In this document: in pieces, positions 23,156 to 35,600 of the stretch
How positions within the stretch are numbered: position 1 is the first letter of the stretch
Layout of the letters: every line of letters begins with the position of its first letter
NCBI RefSeq assembly: GCF_006345805.1
Contig: NC_043007.1
Coordinates: 35,464,001 to 35,528,000 of the forward strand
Source of the DNA: Octopus sinensis
Taxonomy: Eukaryota
Length of the DNA: 64,000 nucleotides
Reading direction: 5' to 3'
Notes under the pieces: generated by a model
The model's database searches: none
What the model was told of the DNA's origin: nothing
Seen by the model: only the letters and a program-made list of their open reading frames with translations
Position numbers and translations under genes: made by a program

Positions 23156-25659
23156 TTAGGCGGGTAAAATCCAAGCTGTATCCTCTTGAAGCACATACGA
23201 TTATAAAGATATTATTGAGTTTGTTCTAAAACAACGGTATAAGTATTGCTATTCCTAAGCGAAACATTAAAGACATTTATTCATACATATTCATTGCGTT
23301 TGTATATAAATGAATAGGAGCGTGTCTATGCATATATGGGCGCGTGCACACATGCTTACACATATAAGGATGTATGCATATACAAAGATGACTTCGGTTG
23401 TATTTAAAAATCAGAACGTAAAGAGCCGGAAGAAATTTCGTCCGTGATGATAATGCTTACGCCAAGTTGCCGCCTTAAATGATTTTTTTTATATAGGCAC
23501 AATGCCATGAATTTTAAAGAGATGAGGTTCGTCGATATCACCGGCTCTAGTTTTCAGACTTGTAACTTTACTTTATCGACTTCGGTACGCTGAAAAGTAA
23601 AGTTGACTCTGCCTCCGCCAGAAACTGCGCAAATCCACTAACCTGCGGTATCCATCAACTGGAAGAATGAACTATCTTATTGTTACCCCCCAGAGCTACT
23701 CCTTGGTAATAGGCTTTAAACCAGTGGCTGTTGACAGTCCACAGATACACCATAAACAAAAGCAGGATAACTAACCGCTGCCGCCCATATAGACTGAAGC
23801 TTCACCTATATTGGCCATCCAGCCTCAACTTTTGAAGCTAACACCACCAAATTTTAACCCATCACACCATATACATTATTCCCACGGAAAGATTATTGCA
23901 ACTCTCCACGAACAAACTAACTCACGACAGTATCCCACTCTGCCATATATGGCATCAAATGCAATGAACTGATGTCGCTAAACATACCAAAGCCACTTAC
24001 CAACATCTTGTCCGAACACGTGGGCTTAAGAATAAAGAGGTGATATCACTTTCAGATCAATAACACCATGTAACCTAAGTCAATCGAAGCTTAACTTCTA
24101 GAATGCATCTTGAATTTGTTTCATACTCTTTACTCTTCTCTGACGAAATAGATTCGTTTTATGAGCCTGAGAAACTTTAAGCTGTATGGAGCTGAGCCAA
24201 ACTGTATATGTATGTATGCATGCATTTATGTATGTATGTATGTATGTATGTATGTATGTATGTATGTATGTATGTATGTATGTATGTATGTGTGTGTGTA
24301 TGTATGTATGTATGTATGTATGTATGTATGTATGTATGTATGTATGTATGTATCGCCATGGTGATATATCCATAGGCGATTCTATTCACTGTTTTCGTCA
24401 TCAATGGGTGTTTTATCCGGTATAACAAGAGAATATTATTTTATAGCATAGCAGCAACTTATTGAATACTTATTTAAAAGTTTTTCAATACATGCATACA
24501 CACACACACACATACATAAATACATACATACATACATACATACATACATACATACATACAGGTACGAAACGTCAACAAATGTATAATGAAGTGGTAAATT
24601 ATTTGTACGATAGGTGTGTGTGTGTGTGGTGTGTGTGTGTGTGTGTGTGGTGTGTGTGTGTGTGTGTAAATATAAATATATATATATATATAACTTATAA
24701 ACAAGGGCAAAATAATATATATATATATCAAATAATAAATGTAGATGACACCTTTCTCCTATGAATTAATAATTACGTTGATAAAATCTGTTTTGAAAAT
24801 ACTGGTGGTAAGTCTGTTGTTAGATAACAAAACGAATTATTTATTGTTCATAGCAGCGCGGTAAAGTAATTCTGCAGCAGAACAATTTTCACAGAGAGGA
24901 CGTGTATTCTGAATGGAAACAATTAAATTTGTGATTGTAGAGTTAATAGCAGAACCAGGGTTATGTATAACAAGATCATGCATCAGAATATAATGAAAAA
25001 AAAAAACGTTAGGCGTCGTAAAATATGAACGTGTAATTGTATTATTGCTGAAAACTTGATGGATTTTATAGTTATAAGAGTAGTGTTTAAACAGCAATCT
25101 AAGGAAAACTGTTACTTTAAACAGAAAATAGAGAATTACTTCAGATAATTCTTCCTTTTATTATTTTTTGGGGGGAGAGTGGTGATGGTGGTGGCGGTTG
25201 TTGTAATTGTTTAGGGAGGAGAAAGTGGCTGATTTATTCAGTAAAACCACTTATTGCAAGGGTTTCATTCCAGATAAGTGCAGTTTTGTTGAATAACATT
25301 TGAGAAGGAGATAAAGTAGATTGTCTTAAAATATATATTTTATAGACAAGATTATTAAGGATATTTCTAGAATGATTGGACAACTTCTTTATGTACAATA
25401 AATCGTCTCTCTATTTGCATATCCTAACATATTGCTTTCTTTCTCATATTCTGTATTCAATAATAATACACATATGTACGTATTCTCTCACATCTCTAAG
25501 TCCTTCGTTGAATCCTTCAAACATACTTTTTTTCATGAGATTTGTTTTCTCAAAATTATAAGTGTTTACATATTTTTTTGTCTCTCTTTAAGAAAATGTC
25601 TACAAACACGCACACACAGACACCCTTTATCTCCCCTACCCCATATATATGTACGTATT

Positions 25660-25790
<131 letters not shown>

Positions 25791-25934
25791 CATACATAGC
25801 GTCTTACATTCCGTGTTTATCCACTTTCGAACTGATACTTGTTTCAGTTGGTTTTCGTATTTACGTATACCTATTGTATATGTATATATGCATATGAATG
25901 TACGTTGGTATATATATATATATTTTTCTACATT

Positions 25935-25982
<48 letters not shown>

Positions 25983-26855
25983 GTGTGTGTGTGTGTGATA
26001 TATATGAACAGATGTTGTACCTGAATGTAGGAAAATGTGTAGGTGCGATCAAGTGTGTATGTATCTGTACTTTATATAAGATTGAGTATGTACATATGAA
26101 TATATATGGATGTACCCATACTTGTAAAGGTTTGTTTAGGTATTCGTTTACACATATGTATATACGATGCATATATACACATATCAAATATGTTTATATG
26201 TAAGCATGCATATATATATATATATACATATATATCAGATTGACTGCAAATATTTGCGAATATATTACTTATGGCCAAAAGTTATAAACATAGAGACAAG
26301 AATAGTATGAGAAATTTGAGATACGAGATGTATACATAAATACTGGAAGAAATACATAACATAAGTATATCACGGCAAGAAAACATCTCAATAAATCTCA
26401 TATGTTTGTGTGTGGTGGGGGAGTACGCAATAATTTTGAGGATAAATGAAACCCAACCAATCACCTCGGTAGTACTTTATGTAAGAAGCTGGCTAGCATA
26501 TTGTTCGAAAAGCAGTGTGAAGCCACAGGTTTTAATCAACTAAAGACTGATCGATTACACTTCGGTCAATTATCATAGGAGCACTTCACAATGCATGCCA
26601 CGTATTTCGGTCACATGCTTTGGTTTGTTATCCGTGATAATAGGTTCTAATCAGCACAAAGTAAGTAACCATAATTCTGATTAAGGAAATAGAAAGACAA
26701 ATTAATGTTACGTACGTTTCCATGAATGACCACCGTCAGTTATGAAATAAATGATTAGTCGTTCATTTATATATTATATATTGTATATATGTATGTATAC
26801 ATATATATACATACACACATACATGTATATATATATATATATGTCTGTATATATA

Positions 26856-26893
<38 letters not shown>

Positions 26894-27064
26894 CATACAT
26901 ATATATATGCATATATATATTTATATATATGCATATATATGTACATATATATATTCATACACATTATAATTTGCTACAATGATTATGTATACGTATATGT
27001 ATATATGAGTATTATATATATATATATATATATAATATATATATATATATATTATATATATATA

Positions 27065-27108
<44 letters not shown>

Positions 27109-27124
27109 TGTATATATGTATATT

Positions 27125-27510
27125 TATATATGGTGGTTATCTACTCCTTATACGGAGTTTGACCACCTCCTGTACATACACCTTATCACCATCATGGCAT
27201 CTGATATGGCTTCTTAAACTAGACAATGTTCTGAAAAGACACCCACATAGATTGCACCTCTGATTTGGACCACCAATACCGACAGATAAGTTTTGCTCTT
27301 TGTGGATTTTAACATGTCTTTTGAGGCTTCCATTGGATTTGCAAACCTTCTGGCATACACTGCATTCAAAGGTGTGCACAGACATATAGTCAGAATAGTT
27401 GGTGGAGGTTCGTTTTCCATGCGTTCGCAGATTACTACCTAAGATTAAAGAGCTTCTACCTGCCCATGAGGTAAGCTATCCCATTCCAGACATCAAACCG
27501 ACACTCAGAC
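27125..27510 (-). pseudogene. Two C2H2 zinc fingers, probably the 3' end of an RTE-clade LINE ORF2
   Basis: CSVCQKVCKSNGSLKRHVKIH and [21 protein letters not shown]. The 3' end (ggtcaaactcc..ataaccaccat + microsatellite) resembles the end of the element at 28960-29297. Confidence 0.6.
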
Positions 27511-27733
27511 ACTCTATAAAGTGATCAAATATATCTCCGGTGACCGACGCGGAGTAGCTCATTCATAAAAGAATAGACAAAAGGAGAGAAAGAAAGGTAC
27601 GATATATGATTTGCAAATGTAAATAAGAATTTTATATAGATATAAGAAAAAGTAAAAGATATGACACATATTATTACAAGAAGCAAATTATAAATTACGT
27701 TTCTTTCCACTGAAAAAGACTTATTTATATATG

Positions 27734-27967
27734 TATTTCTTTACTACCCACAAGGGGCTAAACACAGAGGGGACAAACAAGGACAGACAAACGGATTTAG
27801 TCGATTACATCGACCCCAGTGCGTAACTGGTACTTAATTTATCGACCCCGAAAGGATGAAAGGCAAAGTCCACCTCGGCGGAATTTGAACTCAGAACGTA
27901 ACGGCAGACGAAATACGGCTTCGCATTTCGCCCGGCGTGCTAACGTTTCTGCCAGTTCGCCGCCTGT
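27734..27967 (-). mobile_element. SINE family A monomer
   Basis: 13-bp TSD ttatttatatatg (27721-33, 27968-80). Confidence 0.95.
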
Positions 27968-28034
27968 TTATTTATATATGACTGCAGGAAAGAAGTGCTC
28001 AAATGATATTGAACCAGAGACACATATCAATAAT

Positions 28035-28888
28035 ATAGATTAAGAACAAACATTGAATTCAGGTTAACGAACTTTCTATATCTACGTTTCTACACTTTGT
28101 TGCATATATATGAAACCATGGCTTCCAAATGTCAAAAGCAAAAATAAATAAATAAAATAATAATAATATAATAATAATAATAATAACCGGGTAAAAATTA
28201 TATATAAAAAATATAAAATACACAGAACTTGCTCAGAAAACGTATATAAAAATCGACTAAAAATTATTAAAAAAAATATTATTACAGTAAGTTAATCGAC
28301 TAAAAATTTAAAGAGAAAAATATATAACATAAAATTATACCCAACTATGAAAATTATATATATCAGATGCAAAAGTCAATATAGTCCATGATAATTGCGG
28401 GAGCATGATATGAATCTAATCGGGTAACTAAGCCACAATCTTCGCGAATCATTCCAAAATATTATTTAACATCCAGCATCTATGTTAAATTACTTTTTGG
28501 AATGATTCGCGAAGATGTGCATTAGATACCCGATTGGATTTATATCATGCTCCTGCAATCATCATGGACTGCAACTATATTGACTTTTGCATCTTATATA
28601 TTAATTTTCATAGTTGGGTATAATTTTATTTTATATACTTTTCTCTTTAAATTTTTAGTAGATTAACTTACTGTAATAATCTTTTTTTAGATAATTTTTA
28701 GTCGACTTTTATACGCGTTTTCTGGCCAGGTCCTGTGTATTTTATACTTTTTTTCATATATGATTTTTACCTGGTGTTTGTTTACTTGACATTTGAAAGC
28801 CATGGTTTCATTTATATTTAATGAATTTGTAGAAGCGTGAATATATAAAGTTCGTTAACCTGAACTCAATGTTTATTCTTAAATTATA
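28035..28888. mobile_element. ~850-bp fold-back (palindromic) element
   Basis: Arms ~28035-28472 and ~28482-28888 are reverse complements around a 9-nt loop (ccagcatct). Confidence 0.85.
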
Positions 28889-28959
28889 TATATATGTGTA
28901 TGTATGTATGTATGTATGTATGTATGTATGTATGTATGTATGTATGTATGTATGTATGT

Positions 28960-29297
28960 ATGCGCGGGGATATAGAAATAATCGGACTGAATACCCGATC
29001 GCGCGGTTAAACCATTGGGAGTGAAGGACTCCTAGCCTTTGTTAGGGCATCCTTCTAGGAGAAGGTAACTCAAGTAACTGGGGTAACTCCGACATAAAAC
29101 CTGCGGCTCAGTGGTTACCGATGATGTTGACTTCTTCTTTTCGGATTATGGCTGCTGTTGCTTAGTGAGTGGGATTGATTCAGTGCACAGCCTTTTCTCA
29201 CTTTAAAAAGAAAATCTTGCACAGGTATTGCACGATAACAACATTGATTAAGCTTCATGCAATGGCCATACTCGATAACGAGGGGGCAGCTACCATG
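28960..29297 (+). mobile_element. Short non-autonomous RTE-like element inserted in (TATG)n
   Basis: Flanked by (TATG)n on both sides. ttagggcatccttctaggagaaggtaactc resembles RTE 5' UTRs (from memory), and the end resembles 27125-27165. Confidence 0.45.
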
Positions 29298-30059
29298 TAT
29301 GTATGTATGTATGTATGTATGTATGTATGTATGTATGTATATAAATAAATAGAAAATGGAGAAATTGATATGCAGACATCAATTTATTGAAACAAATCCA
29401 ATTTCGAACAATATCAAGCTCAAAAATTCCTACAATCGTTTCCATGCCCAATTACTACAAATTGGAAAAATTAAATGAGAGATTCATATTGAATATAGTT
29501 AATTGAACATTTCGTCAGGGTCAGAACTTGATAGATAAAGGAACTACATCTTATACATCCTTGATAAACTCAGCATTAAATTCAGATATGTGCGTTTATG
29601 CATCCTAATGTATTTTTAAACCGTTACTTGTGTATTTTCAATTTTATTTTAGTGTATTTGTGCGCGTGCGTATGTTAATGTAATCGGAAGCAAAGGAGCC
29701 GTTAGTTTGCCTAAACGATATTTTTGATACAGCTAATTGTAATTAAAAGCATTTATTCCTTATTCTCATTATTACTTGTGAGAGTACGAAATGTCAGCAA
29801 GGTTTTTAATTACTAAAGAATTATATTGTATGTCGCCTAATTAATACCCCTAGTATTAATAATTAAATATCAATTTTTATTTTCATATTTTAAAACAAAA
29901 ATCATAGTTACTTTAACTATGTACCACATAACTATGACGAAATTCAGTTTGATTACATAACATGGTAGCTGTATATTCCATTAAGAAGACTTGTGTCCAA
30001 TATATTTTTTTATTTTTTATTATAATGTCTACTAAGAATTATTCTTTTTAGTTTTGGGG

Positions 30060-32210
30060 GGATCTGGGTGGTTTGGCTACCAGCATTTCAAAAATTAAAG
30101 TTTATCGAAAATTTTAAAATTTGGCACAATAATATACTTTTCCATGCTGAATTGCTGGAGCCTTTCACTTTTTCCAGAAAAATGTTTTTCAAAAGTTATA
30201 GAGGTTTAATGTTTGATCATTTTCACCCAATCAGGAGACAGGATTTGGAAGCTGTCCTTTTGTGTGTGACTAGTGACTACACATTTTGTCGTCAACATCC
30301 TGAAAATAGCAATATTTGTAAACAACGCGTGTTTTATAGTTAGAAGCATTGGATATGCATTTAGTGCGATAGTACGAACTTAAAAGATTTATCCAATAAA
30401 CGTTATTTAGCTATTATTTTTAGCACACCTCACAACCAAAAAGAAACGAGTGAAGAAGTAGTTTAATGCTTTTAACGCAAATGCGATAGCACGTTACATG
30501 CGATAAACACATTATAATTTTCCTATGGTTTCAATACAGTATTAGCACAAAGATTTGAAAGAATTAGATGAAAGTTCTCCGGTAATCTTCTTTCATGTAA
30601 ATAAATGCTGATGCTAATTTAAAAATTTACCAACAAAATCTTATATAATGACAATGTTCTAAAAGATGTACATGTTTATATGTTATATACGAAAATAAAA
30701 GAGTGAACATAATATACTTAAAAAAACAAACATTTAAGCATGCAATAAGCAGCACATTTACAAAATATTTCTGAAATTAAAAACGAAATTTAGAAATGCA
30801 TTCAATCAATTTCTCAAGCAATTCACAATTTTCGCATCTCCTGCGCCACATAAATTTACAGAGATATGAATCTATCAAGAACGGTGAGTGCCACAGCGTC
30901 GTTTATTACCTCGCTTCATAGAGGCCCAAATACACTCCACTTGTTGAGTGTGGGTGCCATCTTTCGGGTTAACAAGTCCAACGCTGTGGTTCACCGTTCT
31001 ACGCTCAAAATTGTAACCATCAATTTCAGGAATGTGAGAGTACGCCCTTCACAAATCGCTGATTATTGTAGTTCCTAGAAGAATCGAGTGACGTATGCAT
31101 TCTTCCAGTGTGTCACGATTCCGACATGGCACCTCATACAGAAAAGCTTGTCTGGTCACGTGACACACTCCTCCGAAAACCCACTGCTCAGGTAGGACTC
31201 TTCTTCAGTTGTACTCACGTCTTGAGAAGAATTTCGTCGATCTCAACAATCTCCCCAGGACCACCTACTTGAATTGGATGACGGAGCAAGTCCTCCTCAC
31301 ATATTTCTCTAATATCGTTGCTATAATCAGTAGTTGTGCTACGGTTTGTTCCCAGTTCTTCAATACAAAACCGAACTGAAGTAAATTCCTTAGCCCATGA
31401 GTAAAGGAAGAGCACTACAGACCTAAGAGGAAGGGTACCACTTTCAAACCATGTGTCTTTCCTCGCCGACTCAGACTCCATGTGTTCTTGGCGCGAGCAT
31501 CGCCAGTACATGTTCCCACCACGTAATCAAAAGCATTTATCCCTAATACTCATTATTACTTGTGAGAGTACGAAATGTCAGCAAGGTTTTTAATTACTAA
31601 AGAATTATATTGTATGCCACCTAATTAATACCCCTAGTATTAATAATTAAATATCAATTTTTATTTTCATATTTTAAAACAAAAATCATAGTTACTTTAA
31701 CTATGTACCACATGACCATGATAAAATTCAGTCTGTTTACATACATGGTAGCTGTATATTCCATTAATAAGACGTGTCCAATATATTTTTAACATGCCTC
31801 TTCCTTTTACATAGTTTTCTTTTGGGTATAACACCCTTATCTTGAAGGTACGACCCAGTATCCTCCTCTGTTTTCAGTGTCTCCATCAAGGTTAAAGGAG
31901 CTTGCTGCCGTAATCAAACAGTAAAATTTCCAGCAGAGCAGCGTCAAATTTATCAACACGTGCCTTCTCGCAGACAAAAGAGTTCTCATGTTCCGCTTGT
32001 TACTATGGAAACAGGCATGAATGTGTCTGTGGCTTATGATTGGCTAAAATTACCAAATTTTCAAACTTTAATTACTATTAACTCTTTATTTATTGATTTA
32101 TAGCGAAAATGATTTTCACGTCATTCATTAGCCTATAAAGGTGTGTCATTTCACTGAACATGGAATCAATCCGCTTAGAATTGATGCTGGCAACCAAACC
32201 GACTAGATCC
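30060..32210 (-). mobile_element. Merlin (IS1016/IS1595-related) DNA transposon, near full length, dead
   Basis: Termini GGATCTgggtGGTTTGgctaccagc and (reverse complement) GGATCTagtcGGTTTGgttgccagc; probable TSD ctttttgg, degraded on the left; encloses a transposase pseudogene. Confidence 0.8.
30778..31911 (-). pseudogene. Merlin DDE transposase pseudogene
   Basis: METLKTEEDTGSYLQDKGVIPKRKLC / insertion / YWRC...RKDTWFE...QVGGPGEIVEIDE / GVCHVTRQAFLYEVPCRNRDTL...GTTIISDL*RAY...TVNHSVGLVNPKDGTHTQQVECIWASMKR...LDSYLCKFMWRRR; contains stops and frameshifts. Confidence 0.9.
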
Positions 32211-33185
32211 CTTTTTGGTAATAATTGTTAATATCAACAATTAAATACTAATTTACTTATTATAAATTAAATCATAAATATATCTAATGTTTAGTATACA
32301 GATATGGTAAATAGGAAACAGTTTGAATTAGTCATCGACACGTAGTACACACTAAACATTAGATATATTTGTGATTCAAATTATATTAAAGGAATTAATA
32401 TTTAATTGTTATTACTAACGATTATTACCAAAAAGCTTTAAAAATAATTCTTAGTGGACATTATAAAAATGTTTTAAATATATTGTACACAAGTCTCTTG
32501 AGGTAATATATGGATACAAGGTTATGTAAACAAACTGAATTTCGTCATGGTCATGTGGTACATAGTTAAAGTAACTATTTTTGTTTTAGATTATAAATAT
32601 AAAAATTAATATTTAATTATTAATACAAGAGGTTTTAACTAAGTAACTTACAATATAAGTCTTAAGTAATTAAATACTTTGCTGGCATTTTGTATTCTCA
32701 CGAGTAATAATCAGAATTGGGAATAAATGCTTTTAATTACAATTAACTGTATCGAAAACATCGATTAGGCAACCTAACGGCTCCTTTGAGTTTCAACACA
32801 TTAACCTACGCACGCGCACAAATAGATTAAAATAAAATTGCATATACACTAGAAACGTTTTTTTTTTTAAATATACATTAGAATGCATAATCCCACATGT
32901 CTGGTTTTAATGCTGAGATTATCAATGATATATCAATACATTGGAATGTAGTTCCTTTTTCTATTCATATACTGACGCTGATGAAATGTTCAATTAACTA
33001 TATTCAATATGAATCTCTAATTTAATTTTTCTAATTTGTATTAATTGGTAATGGAAACGATTGTAGGGTTTATGAGTTTGATATTGTTCGAAACTGGATT
33101 TGTTCCAATAGGTTGATGTCTGCATATCAATTTCTCAATTTTCTTTTTCCTATACATAAATGATAATGTACCCATACCCATCAAT

Positions 33186-33548
33186 GTGAAGCTGTCCTAG
33201 CTTGATTTACGCGTTGGCCACCACAACCTCGTTTAGGTTTAGCAGCCCTTCCTGTTTGTTTTCTCTGTCCTGTTTGTGCTACCTATTTCGACCCTCCGCA
33301 AAATCCCAAATTTCATTTAATTTGCTTTGCGGAAGCAACTGTTTTATCGAAAGCGTATATTGTTGTTAAATGCTTGAAATACGAGACTAGAAAAACAGCC
33401 AACAACTGATGAAGGGTCGTTCTTTATGTTGTTTGTTTTGTTTTTCATTTGTGTCTTTCGTTGTTCGAAAGAATAGTTCATGTTCCATGTACTCGTACTT
33501 CGTACTTAGTTGTTGTACAGGTTTCATGACCTCCTGTGCCCACACATG
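33186..33548 (+). mobile_element. PLE-like terminal-repeat remnant
   Basis: caactgatgaagggtcgttctttatgttg matches the reverse complement of 1385-1425. Confidence 0.5.
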
Positions 33549-33549
33549 C

Positions 33550-33597
<48 letters not shown>

Positions 33598-33728
33598 CAT
33601 ACATATACACACACATATATATGGTATAGATGTGTGTGCATATACATATATATATATATATATATACATACATACATACATACATATATAAATACATATA
33701 TACATACATACATACATACATACATACA

Positions 33729-33783
<55 letters not shown>

Positions 33784-33786
33784 TCC

Positions 33787-33970
33787 TTTATATTCCTCAT
33801 CAGTGTTTTTCTGTCTCTGGGAATCTTGTTTTTCAGTGTGCTGGCCTTTCTTTCAGGTGTATATTTAGTGCATATAGCTTGCACTGTTGACATAAAATGG
33901 CCGAGTTTCAAGTTAATGCCTTGCATACATAGAATGCTGGGCCAGTTTCGTTTGTGGATCTCATTGTGGA
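33787..33970 (-). pseudogene. CR1/L2-type LINE ORF2 fragment from upstream of the RT
   Basis: [58 protein letters not shown]. Assignment inferred from apparent continuity with RRTKVSNRLNK at 13480. Confidence 0.5.
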
Positions 33971-34599
33971 TATATATATATATATATATATATATAATGA
34001 AGAGAGATAACTATGCCTTCAGGCTTTCGGCCTGCTAGGCTTTGTGAGATTGTCTGACGAAGGCTAGCTGGCTGAAAATTCGAACTGAGTACCATCCTCT
34101 TCTTAAAAGGGGTTAATAAACATGATCTCTCCTAAAGGGTATTAAAGTAAAATCTTCAGTTTAAGGTTAAATTGTTTTTGTATATATACTGACATAAAAA
34201 TAAACATTTATATATATAATCCTGGCCAACGGCTTAAACTTACTGTCACTAGTAGCATTCTGTATTAAAACCGAGCGAAATAGGATTTATTTAACGAGAT
34301 AATCCTTGTAAAAATCACCTGACGAGACGCTTCTGCACCAGCGGATGCTCCACAACCAGTTATAAAGTATTCCACCAGCGACGGATCGATGTAGGATGGG
34401 TCGAAACGATCATTGTGAGCATTAAAGTTTCCCGTATATTCCATTTTCCGTCTTTATCATTTGTTATATATATATATATATATACCCCACACAACCCACG
34501 CACACACGCATACACAAATTCACATAGACATACATACATATACATACACATACAATATATGCATACACGCACACACACACACCCACACATACACACACA

Positions 34600-34880
34600 T
34601 ACCTCCTTCTCTTGCACTCTCCTGTCTTTGAAAGAACCTTTTCTTCACCCATTCCCTTCCGGTCATTTCAATATGTGACCGCGTGTGTATCGTTGGCGAT
34701 TTTCCTTCTCCGTCTTCCCTTCCTTGGACCTTTTCTTTTCTTATGTTTCTGACGAAGAGCTCCGCTCGAAACGTTAAATCCTCCTTCTTTCTTTCCTTTC
34801 CTGGGCGTCCAGTAACACTATACTTGTTCCACGTCCTCGTGTTGTTGTGTTTTCTCTTTGTTCATGTTTGGATTAACTAT
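34600..34880 (+). mobile_element. PLE-like terminal repeat ending in (TA)n
   Basis: Pyrimidine-rich repeat carrying the hammerhead below; same architecture as 5820-6013. Confidence 0.65.
34745..34779 (+). ncRNA. Minimal type I hammerhead ribozyme
   Basis: GUUU-CUGACGA-A-GAGC-ucc-GCUC-GAAAC-GUU-AAAU: complete core, 4-bp stem II, palindromic stem III (AACGUU), 4-bp stem I. Confidence 0.75.
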
Positions 34881-35129
34881 ATATATATATAGTTACAAGA
34901 GTAAACAAGAGAGACAGAGATAGGCAGAAACAAGGAAAATGTCACTTGCATTTGAACACTATACAAATATTCTTTTAAAAAATCTTTTCTTTTAATTTAT
35001 CTAAATTTAATTGTTTAATTGTTACAGTTGAAAAAGTCTCAATGACTGAAATCGGTACTGAAATGTTTTTTTATAAAATTGTTTTAGCATATTTTCTATC
35101 TTGACTTTTTTTCCATATATATCAACTCG

Positions 35130-35194
35130 TGTGTTCCTTTTCCTCCTTCTACACACACAAACACACACATACACACACACACACACCACACACA

Positions 35195-35250
<56 letters not shown>

Positions 35251-35255
35251 ATATA

Positions 35256-35298
<43 letters not shown>

Positions 35299-35391
35299 AC
35301 ATGTATATATGTATGTTATATATATATATATATATATATATACTATTATATATATATAATATATATACATACATACATACATATATATATG

Positions 35392-35447
<56 letters not shown>

Positions 35448-35515
35448 CATACATATATATATGTATATATACATACATATATATATATATGTATATATAT
35501 ACATACATGCAACAT

Positions 35516-35572
<57 letters not shown>

Positions 35573-35600
35573 ATATATACTCACACACTCACATATAATT
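35130..35600. repeat. (CA)n/(TA)n compound microsatellite
   Basis: Directly visible. Confidence 0.95.

Larger units (their letters stand above)
29345..33150. mobile_element. ~1.65-kb fold-back element interrupted by a Merlin transposon
   Basis: 29345-30059 plus 32211-32295 form the left arm and 32350-33150 its reverse complement. Confidence 0.75.

Noticed and set aside
27520-27575. Minus-strand hammerhead remnant
   Set aside because: It lacks both an exact CUGANGA and the GAAA.
29345-33150. Merlin with ~700-bp TIRs
   Set aside because: Short GGATCT-type termini at 30060 and 32210, plus the reconstituted palindrome, show that the long arms belong to a separate host fold-back element.
34318-34412. 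Further hammerheads (ctgacgagacgc...; gggtcgaaacgatc)
   Set aside because: The two half-motifs cannot be joined by a stem II at a plausible spacing.
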